From the NCBI RefSeq assembly GCF_009914755.1, contig NC_060933.1: a stretch of 64,000 nucleotides of DNA; one strand, given 5' to 3'. The position numbers were made by a program, and so were the translations under genes. Shown piece by piece: positions 17,480 to 30,620 of the stretch. Numbering within the stretch: position 1 is the stretch's first letter; every line of letters starts with the position of its first letter. The DNA is from the human T2T-CHM13v2.0 reference genome, Homo sapiens. The notes beneath the pieces are model-generated. The model searched no databases, was not told the DNA's origin, and was given only the letters and a program-made list of their open reading frames with translations.

Positions 17480-18930
17480 CCCTCCTCGACGTGGGCCTGG
17501 AGTGGGGACGCACGCGGCCCCGGGACCCAGCTCAGGCAAGGGCGAGATGCAGACTCCACGCAGCTCCCCGGGTGGACGCGAAGCGGCCCCCGACAGCCCC
17601 GCCGCCTCCGCCGAGCCTCGCCCACTCTCAGCCCCAGCCACTGCAGCGCGCCCGAAGCGGCGCTAGGGGGAGCTCTGGCAACTGGCTTCGTGGATTGAAG
17701 CAAAACCGTGCAGCCAACCGCGATTTCCTTGGACTTGCAGGGGAAAATGGGGAGGGAGGAAACGCACTGTTCCCCCTCCTCGGCAGCTCCAGACTCTTCC
17801 CGTGGGAGGCCGATGAAGCAGCCCTGGGGGTGAAGGTGCCTTTCCTCCCCGCGACTCACGCCCCCAGAGCCTCCTTTTTCCCCACCCCCAACGCGGACCT
17901 CCGCGGACCCCCGCATTCTGGAGAGTGTCCCCGAGAACTTCGCCTCGCGTGACACCGGGATCCAGAGCGGAGCAGTCCCCGGGGACAGGCTTGCGTCCGC
18001 CTCTCAGAGTCTGGCTTGGGGGCCTCTTGGCGGCAGCCCCTCCTGTCGCCGCGGGAGGCGCGAAGGCTGGGGTGGGGGGCGCGAGCCGTCCTGCGGGGTG
18101 GCTGCGAGGCTCGCACCGGCGAGGGCAGTGTGGGGGCGAGGGAGCCAGCGAGAGCGAGGAGCTGTGGGGAGTCGGCAGCAAACAGCCAGCAGGCTGCCAC
18201 TTTGCTTTCTTTTTCTCGTTCTTTCTTTCCTAACCCCTCTTTGCAAAGCTGGAACTATCCCGCGCGCCCCTGGGCCCAAGCCGCGGCTCCAGATGTGGAT
18301 TTGTTTCCAGTGGGGAGAACGCGAGCTTCCCCCGGGCCTTGGCACATTCTCCCACTCTGAGGTCATTCCGTAGGTGGTCAGAGGGGAGCGCGCGCCGGGA
18401 GCCTTCCTCCCTCCATCCACTGGGGAGGGAAGAGCGGCGGGTGGGAGGGAAGGAGAGGGAGAGGGGAGGGGCGCGAGGAGGGAGGGAGACGCCGCCAGCA
18501 CACCACCAAGTGGCACCGAGCAGTGATAACAAACTCAACTTAAAAAAAAAAAAGGGAAAAAGAAAAGGAAAAAACTTCCCCAAGTTGCAGCCCGAGACAT
18601 GCGGACGTGCGGGGCAGAGGCGCGGGGCAGGGAGTGCGGGTGGCCCTGAAACCCCCGGCGTCCCCCGGCTGCTTTCCCCGGCCACAGAGAGCTCAGACTC
18701 GAGGCCGACCAGGCCCTGCGCCTGTGCCTGGGCAGGAAATGTGCTGGAGGCTGGCTCCGCTTCCCGCTGGAGACCCCGGGGCGGCCAGTTCCCGTGGGGG
18801 ACAGGACCCCCCTGGAGCGGGGGCGGCCGAGAGACGCGCAGCACCCGCTTCATCCCCAGCCACCAACATCACCCCCCATTCTCCCACCGCCGACCTTGCG
18901 GATGTGGGTAGATCCCGCCCGCCCAGGCCG
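17480..18930. promoter_or_regulatory. CpG-rich block downstream of IER5L 3' end
   Basis: High CpG density, no repeats, G-rich runs, and candidate CTCF-like motifs at about 17660 and 18503. Confidence 0.75.
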
Positions 18931-19009
18931 AAGAGAACTGGGGTTTACATGGGGGTGGGCGGGGTCTCTCCCCACACCTCTCTATCCTCTCTGACGCCCC
19001 CAGACATCT

Positions 19010-19050
19010 GAAAACAAGGCACCACCATCTTCTGTAATCGACTTTTTATT
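19010..19050 (-). terminator. IER5L polyadenylation signal AATAAA with GU-rich downstream element
   Basis: Plus-strand tttatt at 19045-19050 reads AATAAA on the minus strand. It is followed on the minus strand by AGATGGTGGTGCCTTGTTTT (GU/U-rich). Confidence 0.85.
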
Positions 19051-20319
19051 AAGATTATAAATTTAAACAATCTGAACAGTTTTACCCGGTGATATACAAT
19101 TCAGTATGCACAAAAATACAGGGTAATGAGGGAAAAGGGCCGAGAAAGGAAGGATTGGCAACTCGTTTTGGAGTCCACACGGTGCTGATGGCAGAGAACC
19201 AGAGGGGCTGCAGACGAACCCCACCTTTTTACAACAAAAGGCTTTTAAATTAAACAAATCTATCGAGCTGAAGACACAGGACGGGGTTCTCACAGGCTCG
19301 AACAATGCTGGTTTCATGAAATGCAACCGAAGGCTGAACCAAGGCAGTGCAACTTAGAAGCACACACACAAACACCACAGCTGACCAGGAACTTAGTGCA
19401 AAGTCTCCAACGCAGTCGGCGGTCCCGGCCCCTCCCTCCCCCGGGGCCGCCGGGGATCCAGGTGAAGGAATTGACTTCCTTTTTTGTTTAGTGAGGACCG
19501 CAGTGCTAGGCATGATGGGAAATGTAGTCCGCCGTGCCCGCCCCCCACCCCTTACCCAAACAGTGTCCGAGAGTGTCGGGGTGTCAGGCGCCACCCCCGA
19601 GTCCGGGAGACGGGTGGAGGAGGGGAGGAGAACGGAGCCAGAGGGGCGGGGAGAAGAGGGGTTCAAGACACCCGCCCCGGGAAGAAAAGAAAAAAAAAGT
19701 TGAAGTGTTTTCATTTCTGCCTTCTCATTTTGAGAACTTTGGAGTCCGCCCCCAGAGAGGAAATGTGACCCAAACGTCCCTTTCGGAGATAGAGTTTGCC
19801 TTTGTTTTTGCTCAGAATTTCACAAGACCCATTCCTCACCCCACAGAGGGACTCGGGAGAGCGGAACGTCGGGCTTCCCGGGTCTGACAACTGATTGGAA
19901 TCGGCTTCCCAGGTCCGGCGCCCTCCTGAGCTGCGCCCCCGGCGCGCCCCGGCGGCCAGGGCGCCCTGCCTCGCCCCCGGCTGCCCGGCACCTCCTCCGG
20001 GCAGCAGCCCTCCCTCACGTGGTAGGCTCCTCGCTAAACACCACTGCAATCACTACAATAAAAAGAAAAAAAGGAGTAGGAGAAACACAAAGCATACTTA
20101 AATAGGCGCTTTTTCTCTCTGCAAAAATAAAGTCCAAGATTTTAGATTTCTTTTTTTTTTATTTTACAATTTATAAAACATCAGCCGCCTGCCCCCGCTC
20201 GCCCCCAGCTCAGCCCCGAGTGGCCCGGCGCCCGCTCGTTCCCTCCTCTCGCCCCTTTGCCGAGTCTTTGTCTGGCCCCAGCCCCGCGGGGCCCCGGGTC
20301 CCTGTGCCCTCGGGGGTCC
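19025..20319 (-). other. IER5L: IER5L 3'UTR (~1.3 kb)
   Basis: Runs from the TAG stop to the AATAAA at 19045-19050. Contains U-rich tracts and AUUUA pentamers (plus-strand taaat at 19058, 19246, 20099). Confidence 0.8.
19510..19528 (-). promoter_or_regulatory. ZNF143/THAP11-type (ACTACA-nnn-CCCA) motif in IER5L 3'UTR
   Basis: The minus strand reads ACTACATTTCCCATCATGC, matching the SBS consensus ACTACAnnTCCCAnnATGC. Confidence 0.7.
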
Positions 20320-21740
<1,421 letters not shown>

Positions 21741-21759
21741 AGTCTCGGCCGGCCCCGGC

Positions 21760-21880
21760 CCCAGCTATTTAGCCGGGTGCCCGGGCCCCGCCCCACATGA
21801 GAAGAGCCAATAGGAGCTCTGAGAGTCTCCTGAGTGACAGGCGCAGCCCGCCCCGGGGCTACTCGGCTGGCCAATCAGAC
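21760..21880 (-). promoter_or_regulatory. IER5L core/proximal promoter
   Basis: TATA-like TAAATA (21766-21771), GC boxes (ccccgcccc 21786-21794; cccgcccc ~21848), two CCAAT boxes (21807-21811, 21871-21875) and a PBX/PKNOX-type TGAGTGACAG (21831-21840). Confidence 0.8.
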
Positions 21881-22616
21881 CAAGGCGGTTCCTTTGTGCT
21901 ATTCAAATACCGAACGGACCCCGGGCCTCCAACGCCGCTGCTGCCTCGAATGTTCTCCTGGGGCTGCCGCGCCGCGCGGGACTCGGAGCCGCCGGGGCCG
22001 CAGTCTGCAGCATAGGTCGCCTGGCAGCGGCCACGTTGAAGCCCGCGGCTGCCCTCGCCTTAGGTCCCGGGAGCCGGGGGTCGGCTCACCTGAGTGCTGC
22101 GGCGACGGCTCCTCCCCTTTCCGCACGGCTGGGCCTCACCTGCGGCAGGTGCGCGCCGCTCATCGCTCCCCCAGCGGCGCGGCGCCTCCACCTGCGCACC
22201 TGTCGCCCCCCCGAGTGACCCGCGGGAGTCAAGGCCTCTCTACAGGAGGCTGGTGGAGCCGCCGGCTTGACACTGGGGAACATCAAAGGAGCGAGGTTTT
22301 GGGGGTACCCTCTACCGCAGAGAATGTAGGGCCTGACTCCTTGACTTTTTGGTCGAGGGGCCTCTGGGAATGCTTGCGGAAGGGAAGTCCTCCCCATTTG
22401 TCTGACAGGAAAAACCAAAACATCGTGAATTTTGACCTTCTCTGATGGAGAGAGTTCCGAGGCCAGGCATGACCCAGGGAGTGTGTGGACCTCGCGACCA
22501 GCTGAGGCTCACAGGCGTCCTGGGAGCCGAAACGCTGAGTGCCCTAATCACCAGCTCTGTAACCTTTCCTTTCGTGCCTAACTAATAATAATGACAATAG
22601 GGACTATTATTATGGG

Positions 22617-22626
22617 CCTAATATGG
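22617..22626 (-). promoter_or_regulatory. CArG box (SRF site)
   Basis: cctaatatgg reads CCATATTAGG on the minus strand, a CC(A/T)6GG match. Confidence 0.5.
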
Positions 22627-23727
22627 GGCAGGCCCTTCCCAGCAACTCCCCAATGCCTCACTCTAACGTTTGTAGAGGAGGGGCCTGAGGCTCGGAGGAG
22701 TGGAGTGACTTGGGGAACCACACAGTTCCCAGGGGGCGGAGCTAGGAGCTGGGACAGGACCCTGCGCTCCAGACGGGAGGTGAATACCAAAGGCCCGGGG
22801 ACTCACCGACTTAACTTCTGTTGACACAGCTTTCCTTCTTATCCTGAACCCTTCAGGTCCCAGCTGGGGACTGAGACAGTGGGAGAAGAGAGGGACAGGA
22901 TTGCTGATTCCTGGGGGCGCTCTATCTGGACCAAGAGGCCTGAAGGGGGCTGGTTGCTGCTCCCAGGGGTTTCAAAGGTGCCTGGGGTGGGGGCTGCCCA
23001 GACAGCTCTGGAGGCTCTTGGAAATGGTCTGGAGGTTTGCCTGAGGAGGGTCCATGAGTGGATCCCTGAAGGATGAACGAGGTCTGCAGAGTCTCCCAGA
23101 GATAGGTGGACCTTGTGGGGCTGGACTCAGGGGGGAGGCCCATGACCAGACGTCCTGCTGCTTCACCGCCTCCTCAGGGGATCTTCTGAGTCTCTGCTTT
23201 TTGGGGCTTCCTTCTGAGTTCTCAGCACCTACTTCATCCCTTGGTGGGAGTGGAGAGACCCAGTAGCCCACCCTGTGGTCTCTGGGTCTTTCTTTAGTCT
23301 TAAGAATTTCCAAGATTTCTGCAAAAGTTTCTTAGCATCTACTCCATGCCAGGCGTTGAGAGTGAAGACAGAGTTAGCGGGTGTTTACTTCATTTTTCCG
23401 ATGAGGAAACTCGGACACTGACAGCGTGAGACTTGCCCAAGATCACATGGCCCCAGGGCTGGTGCTGTGTCCTTCCCTTGGCCCCCTCGAACAATCTCAA
23501 ACGCTTTGGGCCCCTGTGACCAATAGCACCTCTCCAGGCCTCCTCCCAGAGAAGCCAGGATTGAAATTTCAGGGGACTTCAGATAAAGGATGTCCTACCT
23601 ACATTTTATTGGTGATACAGACCTACAGGCTGTGGAACTTGCTCAGGTGATAACACGTAGAAGTAAAAATACACTGCCCTTCACTTCCCTGGTGCCTGTC
23701 TTAAAGGCACACAAAGACTTTATTTAT

Positions 23728-24032
<305 letters not shown>

Positions 24033-27000
24033 TTATTTATTTATGTTTGAAGTTCACCTTTGAGACATCACTAGCATGCAGAGGGATCTGGGAGCTCTTA
24101 CCGGCTTTACAGCTGTGAGGACTCTGTATGCAACAGTGAAGTCTGGGATCCACAGTGTCTGGCACACTGCAAGCCCACAGCTCCAGAAAATATTATCAGC
24201 ACTGATTTGGGGTCTTCTTTCTGTCATGGCCCAGTGTTTATTGGGGGAAACTAAGAGTTTACACACCTTGCTTGAGGTCACATACCAGCAAGGGGTGGAG
24301 TCAGGATCTGAGCCCAAACCCATCTGTTTCCAGGGTGGGAGTTCACCAGAGGTTCCTCCAAATCAGCTTCCGCTGTCAGTGGAGCCAAGGCCAGTTCTCA
24401 GGGCCCAGCTCTTGGTGAATATGATCTTGGTTTGATCGACCCCCACCGCTTTACTGCCAAGTGCTGTGGGACCAGGGCCCATAAGGAAGCAAATGTCAGT
24501 CTCAGCCTCAGCCCCTCATTCAGAGCTGTACCCCAGAACATGAATCTGGGGGCCCAGATGGGGAAACAGGGCAGGGATGGAGGTGGATTTCCACCTACAG
24601 GTTGGGGGCAGAAGGACCAGGCCCCTCACATGGGCAGCTCCTCGTGGCACCTCCTAGTCCCCCACAAGGTGAGTTTGGGGATCTTTGAAGTTCCTTTCAT
24701 TCACTGGGGCCAGCTGAGAAGTGGTCAGCCTCTTCTGGGTGGCCCCATCCTCTGGGTCTGTTGGGGGCCCACACTCTGTCTCTCCTCTTTCTCAAGAACT
24801 GAGAAGTGGGCTAATGGGGAGGGCTCAGCAGTTGTGCAGCTTCATAAAAACCCTTGGTCTTTTTTGAGGTGGGCTGGGAAGGGGAGGCACCACAGCTGTC
24901 GTCAGGAAAACCTTGCTGAAGGAGGCAATGGAACAGCTGCACTATTTGGTGCCCGGGGGAGCGGTGTGGCTTGGGGGGCACATAGTAGGAATTCACAAAC
25001 GTTTATAGAATGGGTGGTTTGCATGCCAGGCTTCTGCTGGGATGCGTAAAGGTTCAGGGCAGCGAGTGTGTGCATGTGTGTGAGAATGTATGTGCCCACG
25101 TGTCAGGAGAAGGTACCCTCAGATCTGCACCCCACGAAGGGGAATAGGCCCAAACGAGACAAGGATGAAGGGCTGGCCTTATTTCTCTGTACACCTGAGA
25201 AAGGTTGGGGATCTCACCTTTCCCCCTGGAGCTGGGGAGGTTACATCTGGCACCGAGTCACTGCTCCCTGGAGGAAGTTAATTAATGCCTCAGTATTTAC
25301 CAAGTGTCTGCTGGGGCAGCATGGAGCTGGGGCATGGAACCGCTGGGGACCTGGGCTCCCATCAAACCCCAGGTGGTGTCAGCCCTCCATCAGAGCAGTT
25401 AACACTTCACAAGTGCACATATGTCTGTGGACACCTTCTGGTCACCCGGGCTTGGTGGCAGGGGACATGGTTAGGAAGGCCCCTGATCCACAGTGGGATT
25501 TGCCCTGTTGGCTCCCGGGGGTTAACTTGGGGAAGGGGTCCATAGGCAAAAAACTGTATTGGGGTGTTGTGTTGGAGGAAGTGGGAGAGAAACTTGGAAT
25601 TCACACATTCATTCATTTTTCATTTGCCTGAGAGATACTTCCAGAATCCTTCTCTGGAGTCCCTGGGAATGGGTCAGGGAACAAGATGTGATTCTGCCTT
25701 CAGAAGGCCACGATTCAGAGGGAAGCAGACAAGCTAGATAGACCAGAAAATACTGAGAGCTAAGTCTGTGATTGGAAGGACAGGGCTGGAGGAGGGCAGG
25801 TCCAAGGTCCAAGGCTGGTCTGGGAAGTGAGAAGCTGAGACCTGGAGACCAGGAAGAGGGGGGATCTTCTAGCAGCGAGAACAGCAACGAAGGGGCCCAG
25901 CCAAAGGCCGGGTCCACAGTGGGCCCTGACCTGTGGCATGAGTGAATCAATGAACCTAAGGATGCAGACAACATTGCTAGTTTGAAGGGCCCTGGAGACC
26001 AGATTGACCCCCAGCCTCAATTTCCAGATGGGTAAACTGAGGTCTGGAGAAGAGGAGGGATGTGCTCTGTGTTCAAGACATGGGACCACAGCTGGGGTTG
26101 GAAATCAGACGTCTCACCTCCGGGTCCTGCCTCTAGCTGCCCTAGTGCACTGTGTCTCTGGCTGGGAGTGTGGCTTGTTCCAGAGGGGTGGGGACCGAAA
26201 CCCAGGGCTTCGGGCAGTGGCAGGGAAGGCAGAGGGTGTGGCTGGCCACAGGGGTCACTGTTGAGTCTTCTCTTTCTTAGGCTGAGGAGCCAGTGGCGCT
26301 GTAGCTGGTGGACACTGGGGAACGAGGCTAGGGCTGCGGATCTGGGGTAGCCTCCGCTGGCCCCACAGAACTTGCTCCCTGTCACTGGCCCGGGTGGAGG
26401 TTAATGACCCCCGCCCTTCGCTGTTGTCTGTGTTTTCCTAGCATAGTCCTGGGCAATAGGCCTAGTGCCCAGAAAGCCACTGTGGCCCTGGCTTCAAGGA
26501 CCTTAAGTGTAATGAGAAAGACTGACAGTGGTTTGGCTCTTCTTGGAGCTCTCGCTCTTACCAGGCACTGGACCAAGTCTCCCTGAATTTCCACACCAAC
26601 CTTTGAGGCAGGTTCAGTTATAATTCCCATTTCATGGATGGAGCAACCGAGGCACAGAGAGCTTGGGTGAGTTGCCTGTTCACACCGAAAGGAAGGAGAC
26701 GTCACAGGGCTCTGGGGGTGGGGGGCGGGGCACTAGGAACTTCGGGAGAGGAATGAGGCTCTTTCGTTTGTCGGTCCTCTGGGTGAATTCTGCACTTGTC
26801 CATGGAGTGTGCATAGGGTACAGATGTGATATCTCACATCTGGGGTCCCTGCTCCAGCATCTGGCAAAGGCTGCGTGTTCATTTGTTCATTCATTCATTC
26901 ATTCATTCATTCATTTATTCACCATGGGCTGAATGCTGGCTAATGTGTAGGGGCTGTGCTAAACTGTGAGGAGCAGGGCAGGCAGATGTCACTCCCCTGA

Positions 27001-27472
27001 GCCATGCTGAGGCATCCTTGATTCTTTGGAGCCAGATCTGATTGACTAGTGGTGTCTGCCTGGAGCCCTGGGTGCTCCAATTGATTAGTGATGTCTGCCA
27101 AGGGCTCAGCTGGAGCTTTTAGGGCAAGCCTGCTGGGAGGTGCTCTGGGGTGAGGATGGGGTGTCCTTCAGTGCTCTGCACATCTGGGTGGCCTAACAGA
27201 TAGGGTGGAGACTGGGGGGATGGGGGCTGGAGAAATGGGTTCTAGCTTCAGATTGGCCTTGTTATCCTTAGGGAACGCAGATTGCTTCTCTCGGGCCTCA
27301 GTTTCCTCATTTGTCACCTGACTCACAAGTGCTTTGAACGTTGAGAGGCACTGTGAAGGGATTAGTACTGAGCTGAGACCGGAAACTTCCCCTGCCCTCT
27401 TTTCTCCTTTCTCAAGATCCTGCCTGGAGCTGAGCACTCTGGGCAGGCCAGAGTTAATCCTGGGCCGGGCTG

Positions 27473-27600
27473 GTGTGTGTGTGTGTGTGTGTGTGCGTGT
27501 GCGCAAGAGTGTGTGTGTGAGTATGCGTGTGTGCATGTGAGTATAAGAGTGTGTGCATGTGTGTGCACATGTGTGAGAGAGAGTGTGTGTGTGTGTGTGG
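27473..27600. repeat. (TG)n degenerate microsatellite
   Basis: Read directly from the sequence. Confidence 0.92.
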
Positions 27601-28844
27601 TGGTGGCAGCTCAGCTTTCCTGGCTGAGTTGTTTATAACTCACTCAGTACAGACCTTTGTCCCTTCCCCAGCTCAGCTGGGAGTTTCTAAGGAGTGAGAA
27701 GCTCCTTGAGTCTTAGGAATCCTATAATTTTTTTTTCTTTTTTTTTTTTCATTTGAGTGGTGGGAGCTGGCGTACGTGCCTCTCTCCTCCCCACTCCCCA
27801 CTCCATGAGTAATAACTGTAGACACCATCGTGTCAGGCCCAGGACAACGTGTAACATGTATTATTTGTCATTAATCCTCCAAAGGATCTCACGAGGCGAT
27901 GGTACTGCATTCCCCCTTTCCCAGACTGAGACCTGGGGAAGTGAGGTTGCACACCTGGAGCCACACCTCTCTCGCTGCTATGTGGGTCCCATCCTCTGGT
28001 CTGAGCTTCATCCATCTTTGCCAGCTGTGCTTCGCCCTGGCTCTTTCCACCATTCATTCATTTCCTCACTTGCTCAGTGGTCCTTTCACAAATATTAAGT
28101 GCCTACTGTGTGCCACAGCAGCCCCTGCCATCGTGAGCCTCATGTGCAGGCATTCCAGATGGAAAAACAAGCAAGCAGTAAGTAAGCAGATAAATAAATA
28201 AGCTTGCGAGGAGGGGATAAGGGAAGTCAGCCAGGCTTGGGGTGGGGCCTAGAGGGAGGGGAGAGTGTCTGGCTCCCAGGCCTCCCACCACCGTCTGGTG
28301 CTCCCTGGTGGGCCTGTCCCCCTTCTCAGCTCCCAGACTCTCCAGCCGTCGGTTCTGAAGCTCAAGCTGCACTGGTGCCCCTCCTGCTCCCCACCCTAGT
28401 GAATTCTTAATGCTACTTGCACGGAACAAAGCAGTTTTGGTTTTCGTTTTGAGAGCATTTCTCAAAAAATCATTTCTCAAGTGTGTGTGAGGAGAGAGTA
28501 GGAGAGCACAGCGAACCCCGGCTGTCTGCCCTCAATTCCTCTCCCAAGCTCCTTTTCATTCCTGTTTAATTTTTTTGAAAAAATGGGGCCAATTAGAATT
28601 TCAGTTCCTGACCTTGTGTTGGTGAAAGGGCACCAGGCAGGGCCCTTGACATCTGTGTCCTGTGTCCACCCAGCCCCTTGGGGGCTCAGGCGCTGTCATT
28701 GCCTTCGTCATACAGATGAGGAAACTGAGGCATAGGAAGAAGTTTCCGGTCAGGGGCCTCCCACCGAGTGGCGGACTGGAGCGGGGCATGATCCATACTC
28801 AGACCTCTCAGCCAGCCTCTTTCCGTACTCCACACTGGCTAGCC

Positions 28845-29320
28845 CATCACACACACACACACAGACACACACACATGCACACGCACACATCCTACACATA
28901 CACAAACATGCATGCACACACACGCACCCAAATGTACACATGCTCACAGAAACATATACAAACACATGCACACACCACACATGCACACACAGACACACAA
29001 ACATGCACACACATGTGCACACACAAACATGATGCGCACACCCACACCCACATATACACATGCTCACACGCACACACACCCTGCACACACCACATATGCA
29101 CACACATGCACACACAAACATGATGTGCACACAATGCACTCACATATACAAATGCCCACACACATGCACACACACACCCTGCACATACACAAATGCATGC
29201 ACACACACAGACACACAAACATGCAAACACATGCACACGCACACACCCTGCACACACACACACGGCACACACACATCGTACACACACAGCACACACACGC
29301 ACATGCACTCACACACACAC
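28845..29320. repeat. Long degenerate (CA)n-rich repeat
   Basis: About 475 bp of CA/CAT/CAC units. Confidence 0.95.
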
Positions 29321-30067
29321 TTGGGGCTAAGTGAGCTGCCCACAGTCACAATGCCGGCCTCAGGAGGGTAGAAACGAGGGAGGGCGCCTGGCCTGTGGCC
29401 TCAAAGGGGCAGAGAAGAGGAGGGAGAGAGATGTGCATTGGGGAGAGTGGAACCTCGTGGTTTGAGGAGGGGGCAGGGCCTTCTCCCAGAACTGACCCCA
29501 GAATGTGGCACAGTGGGTCTCTCTGTCTTGTGTCCCGGGTGATGGCCCCCAGTACCCTCTCCTTAGTTTATTTCCTGAGTAATTGCCGTGTCCTCGCCAC
29601 TAAGTTTTTTGCTTGATGAATCATCTCTGTGAATCCTCCTGATAGAATCTGCAGCAGAGGTACTTTCATTACCACGCCCATTTCACAGGCCGGGAGGCTG
29701 AGGCTCAGAGAGGGTAAGCGACTGCACCTTAGACTGGCTTGTCTCCACAGCCAGCTTGCTTAACCCTGACACCTGGCAGGGGAGGGGCGGGGGGCAGGCA
29801 CTTAACGGGAAGCAGAAGGTGGCTTCCAGGACTCAGAATGGAGGCGCGGGAATATCTGTGTAACCCTGACAATCCTCTACGCTGCTCTTGCTCATTCTTG
29901 CAGCCTGGTTTCATGGGTTCCTAGTGCTCTGCTCCGTGGCTGCTCCTCCAGGGACAGCTGCAATGGCCCAGCCTGGTGTCTCATCTTCCCTTCTTGCTGC
30001 CTTCATCCTTCCTCATGGCAGCGTCTCTCCTCAGTTCCTGATTTTTCTGCTTGGCAACGAGGACATC

Positions 30068-30390
30068 TTATTTATTTATTTTATTTATTTAAGAGGGAAT
30101 CTCACTCTGTTGCCCAGGCTGGAGTGCGGTGGTACGATCTTGGCTCACTGCAACCTCCACCTCCTGGGTTCGAGTGATTCTCCTGCCTCAGCCTCCTGAG
30201 TAGCTGGGATTACAGGCGCACGTCACCACATCCGGCTAACTTTCGTATTTTTAGTAGTGATGGGGTTTTGCCATGTTGGTCAGGCTGGCCTTGAACTCCT
30301 GACCTCAAGTGATCTGTCCACCTCAGCCTCCCAAAGTGCTGAGATTACAGGTGTGTGAATTACAGGCGTGTGAGCCACCACACCCGGCCC
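30068..30390 (-). mobile_element. Alu (AluS-like)
   Basis: Reverse Alu. TSD caacgaggacatctt. Confidence 0.95.
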
Positions 30391-30498
30391 AACGAGGACA
30401 TCTTTAGTCCTATTGCCTCATTCGTAAGAAAATGGAAGGGATTTTTATAAAGGGCTGTGTGAGATGAGCTATGCTTTGTTGCAGTAACAAATAATTCC

Positions 30499-30620
30499 TG
30501 CTGGACAGTGTGGTTCACCCAGCTACTCTGAAGGCTGAAGTGGGAGAATCTTTTGAGGGCAGGAGTTCAAGACCAGCCTGGGCAACATAGTAAGACCCCT
30601 GTCTGTAAAACAAAAACAAA
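30499..30620 (+). mobile_element. Alu monomer (FLAM-like)
   Basis: Left-arm-like monomer with an A tail. Confidence 0.75.

Noticed and set aside
17278-19011. Several 170-224 aa ORFs on both strands in the downstream CpG block
   Set aside because: Many begin at GTG/TTG, they are Pro/Arg/Gly/Ala-rich with no recognisable domain, and they are expected from stop-codon scarcity at high GC.
19085-19110. Pumilio element near the poly(A) site
   Set aside because: Reads UGUAUAUC, one mismatch from UGUAHAUA, so it is not called.
21945-21960. Possible heat-shock element (GAAtgTTC) upstream of IER5L
   Set aside because: Only two nGAAn units, whereas a functional HSE needs at least three.
24432-25631. 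205-aa and 187-aa ORFs in unique upstream sequence
   Set aside because: TTG/GTG starts, random-looking composition, no domain and no convincing exon structure.
26975-27105. Repeated attga(c/t)tagtg(g/a)tgtctgcc with an inverted partial copy, superficially array-like
   Set aside because: Only two direct copies, and it resembles the internal repeats of an old hAT/Charlie-type MITE. It is not a CRISPR array; the DNA is eukaryotic and there are no cas genes.
28662-29371. His/Thr-rich and Cys/Val-rich ORFs resembling metal-binding proteins
   Set aside because: Artefacts of the (CA)n/(TG)n repeat.
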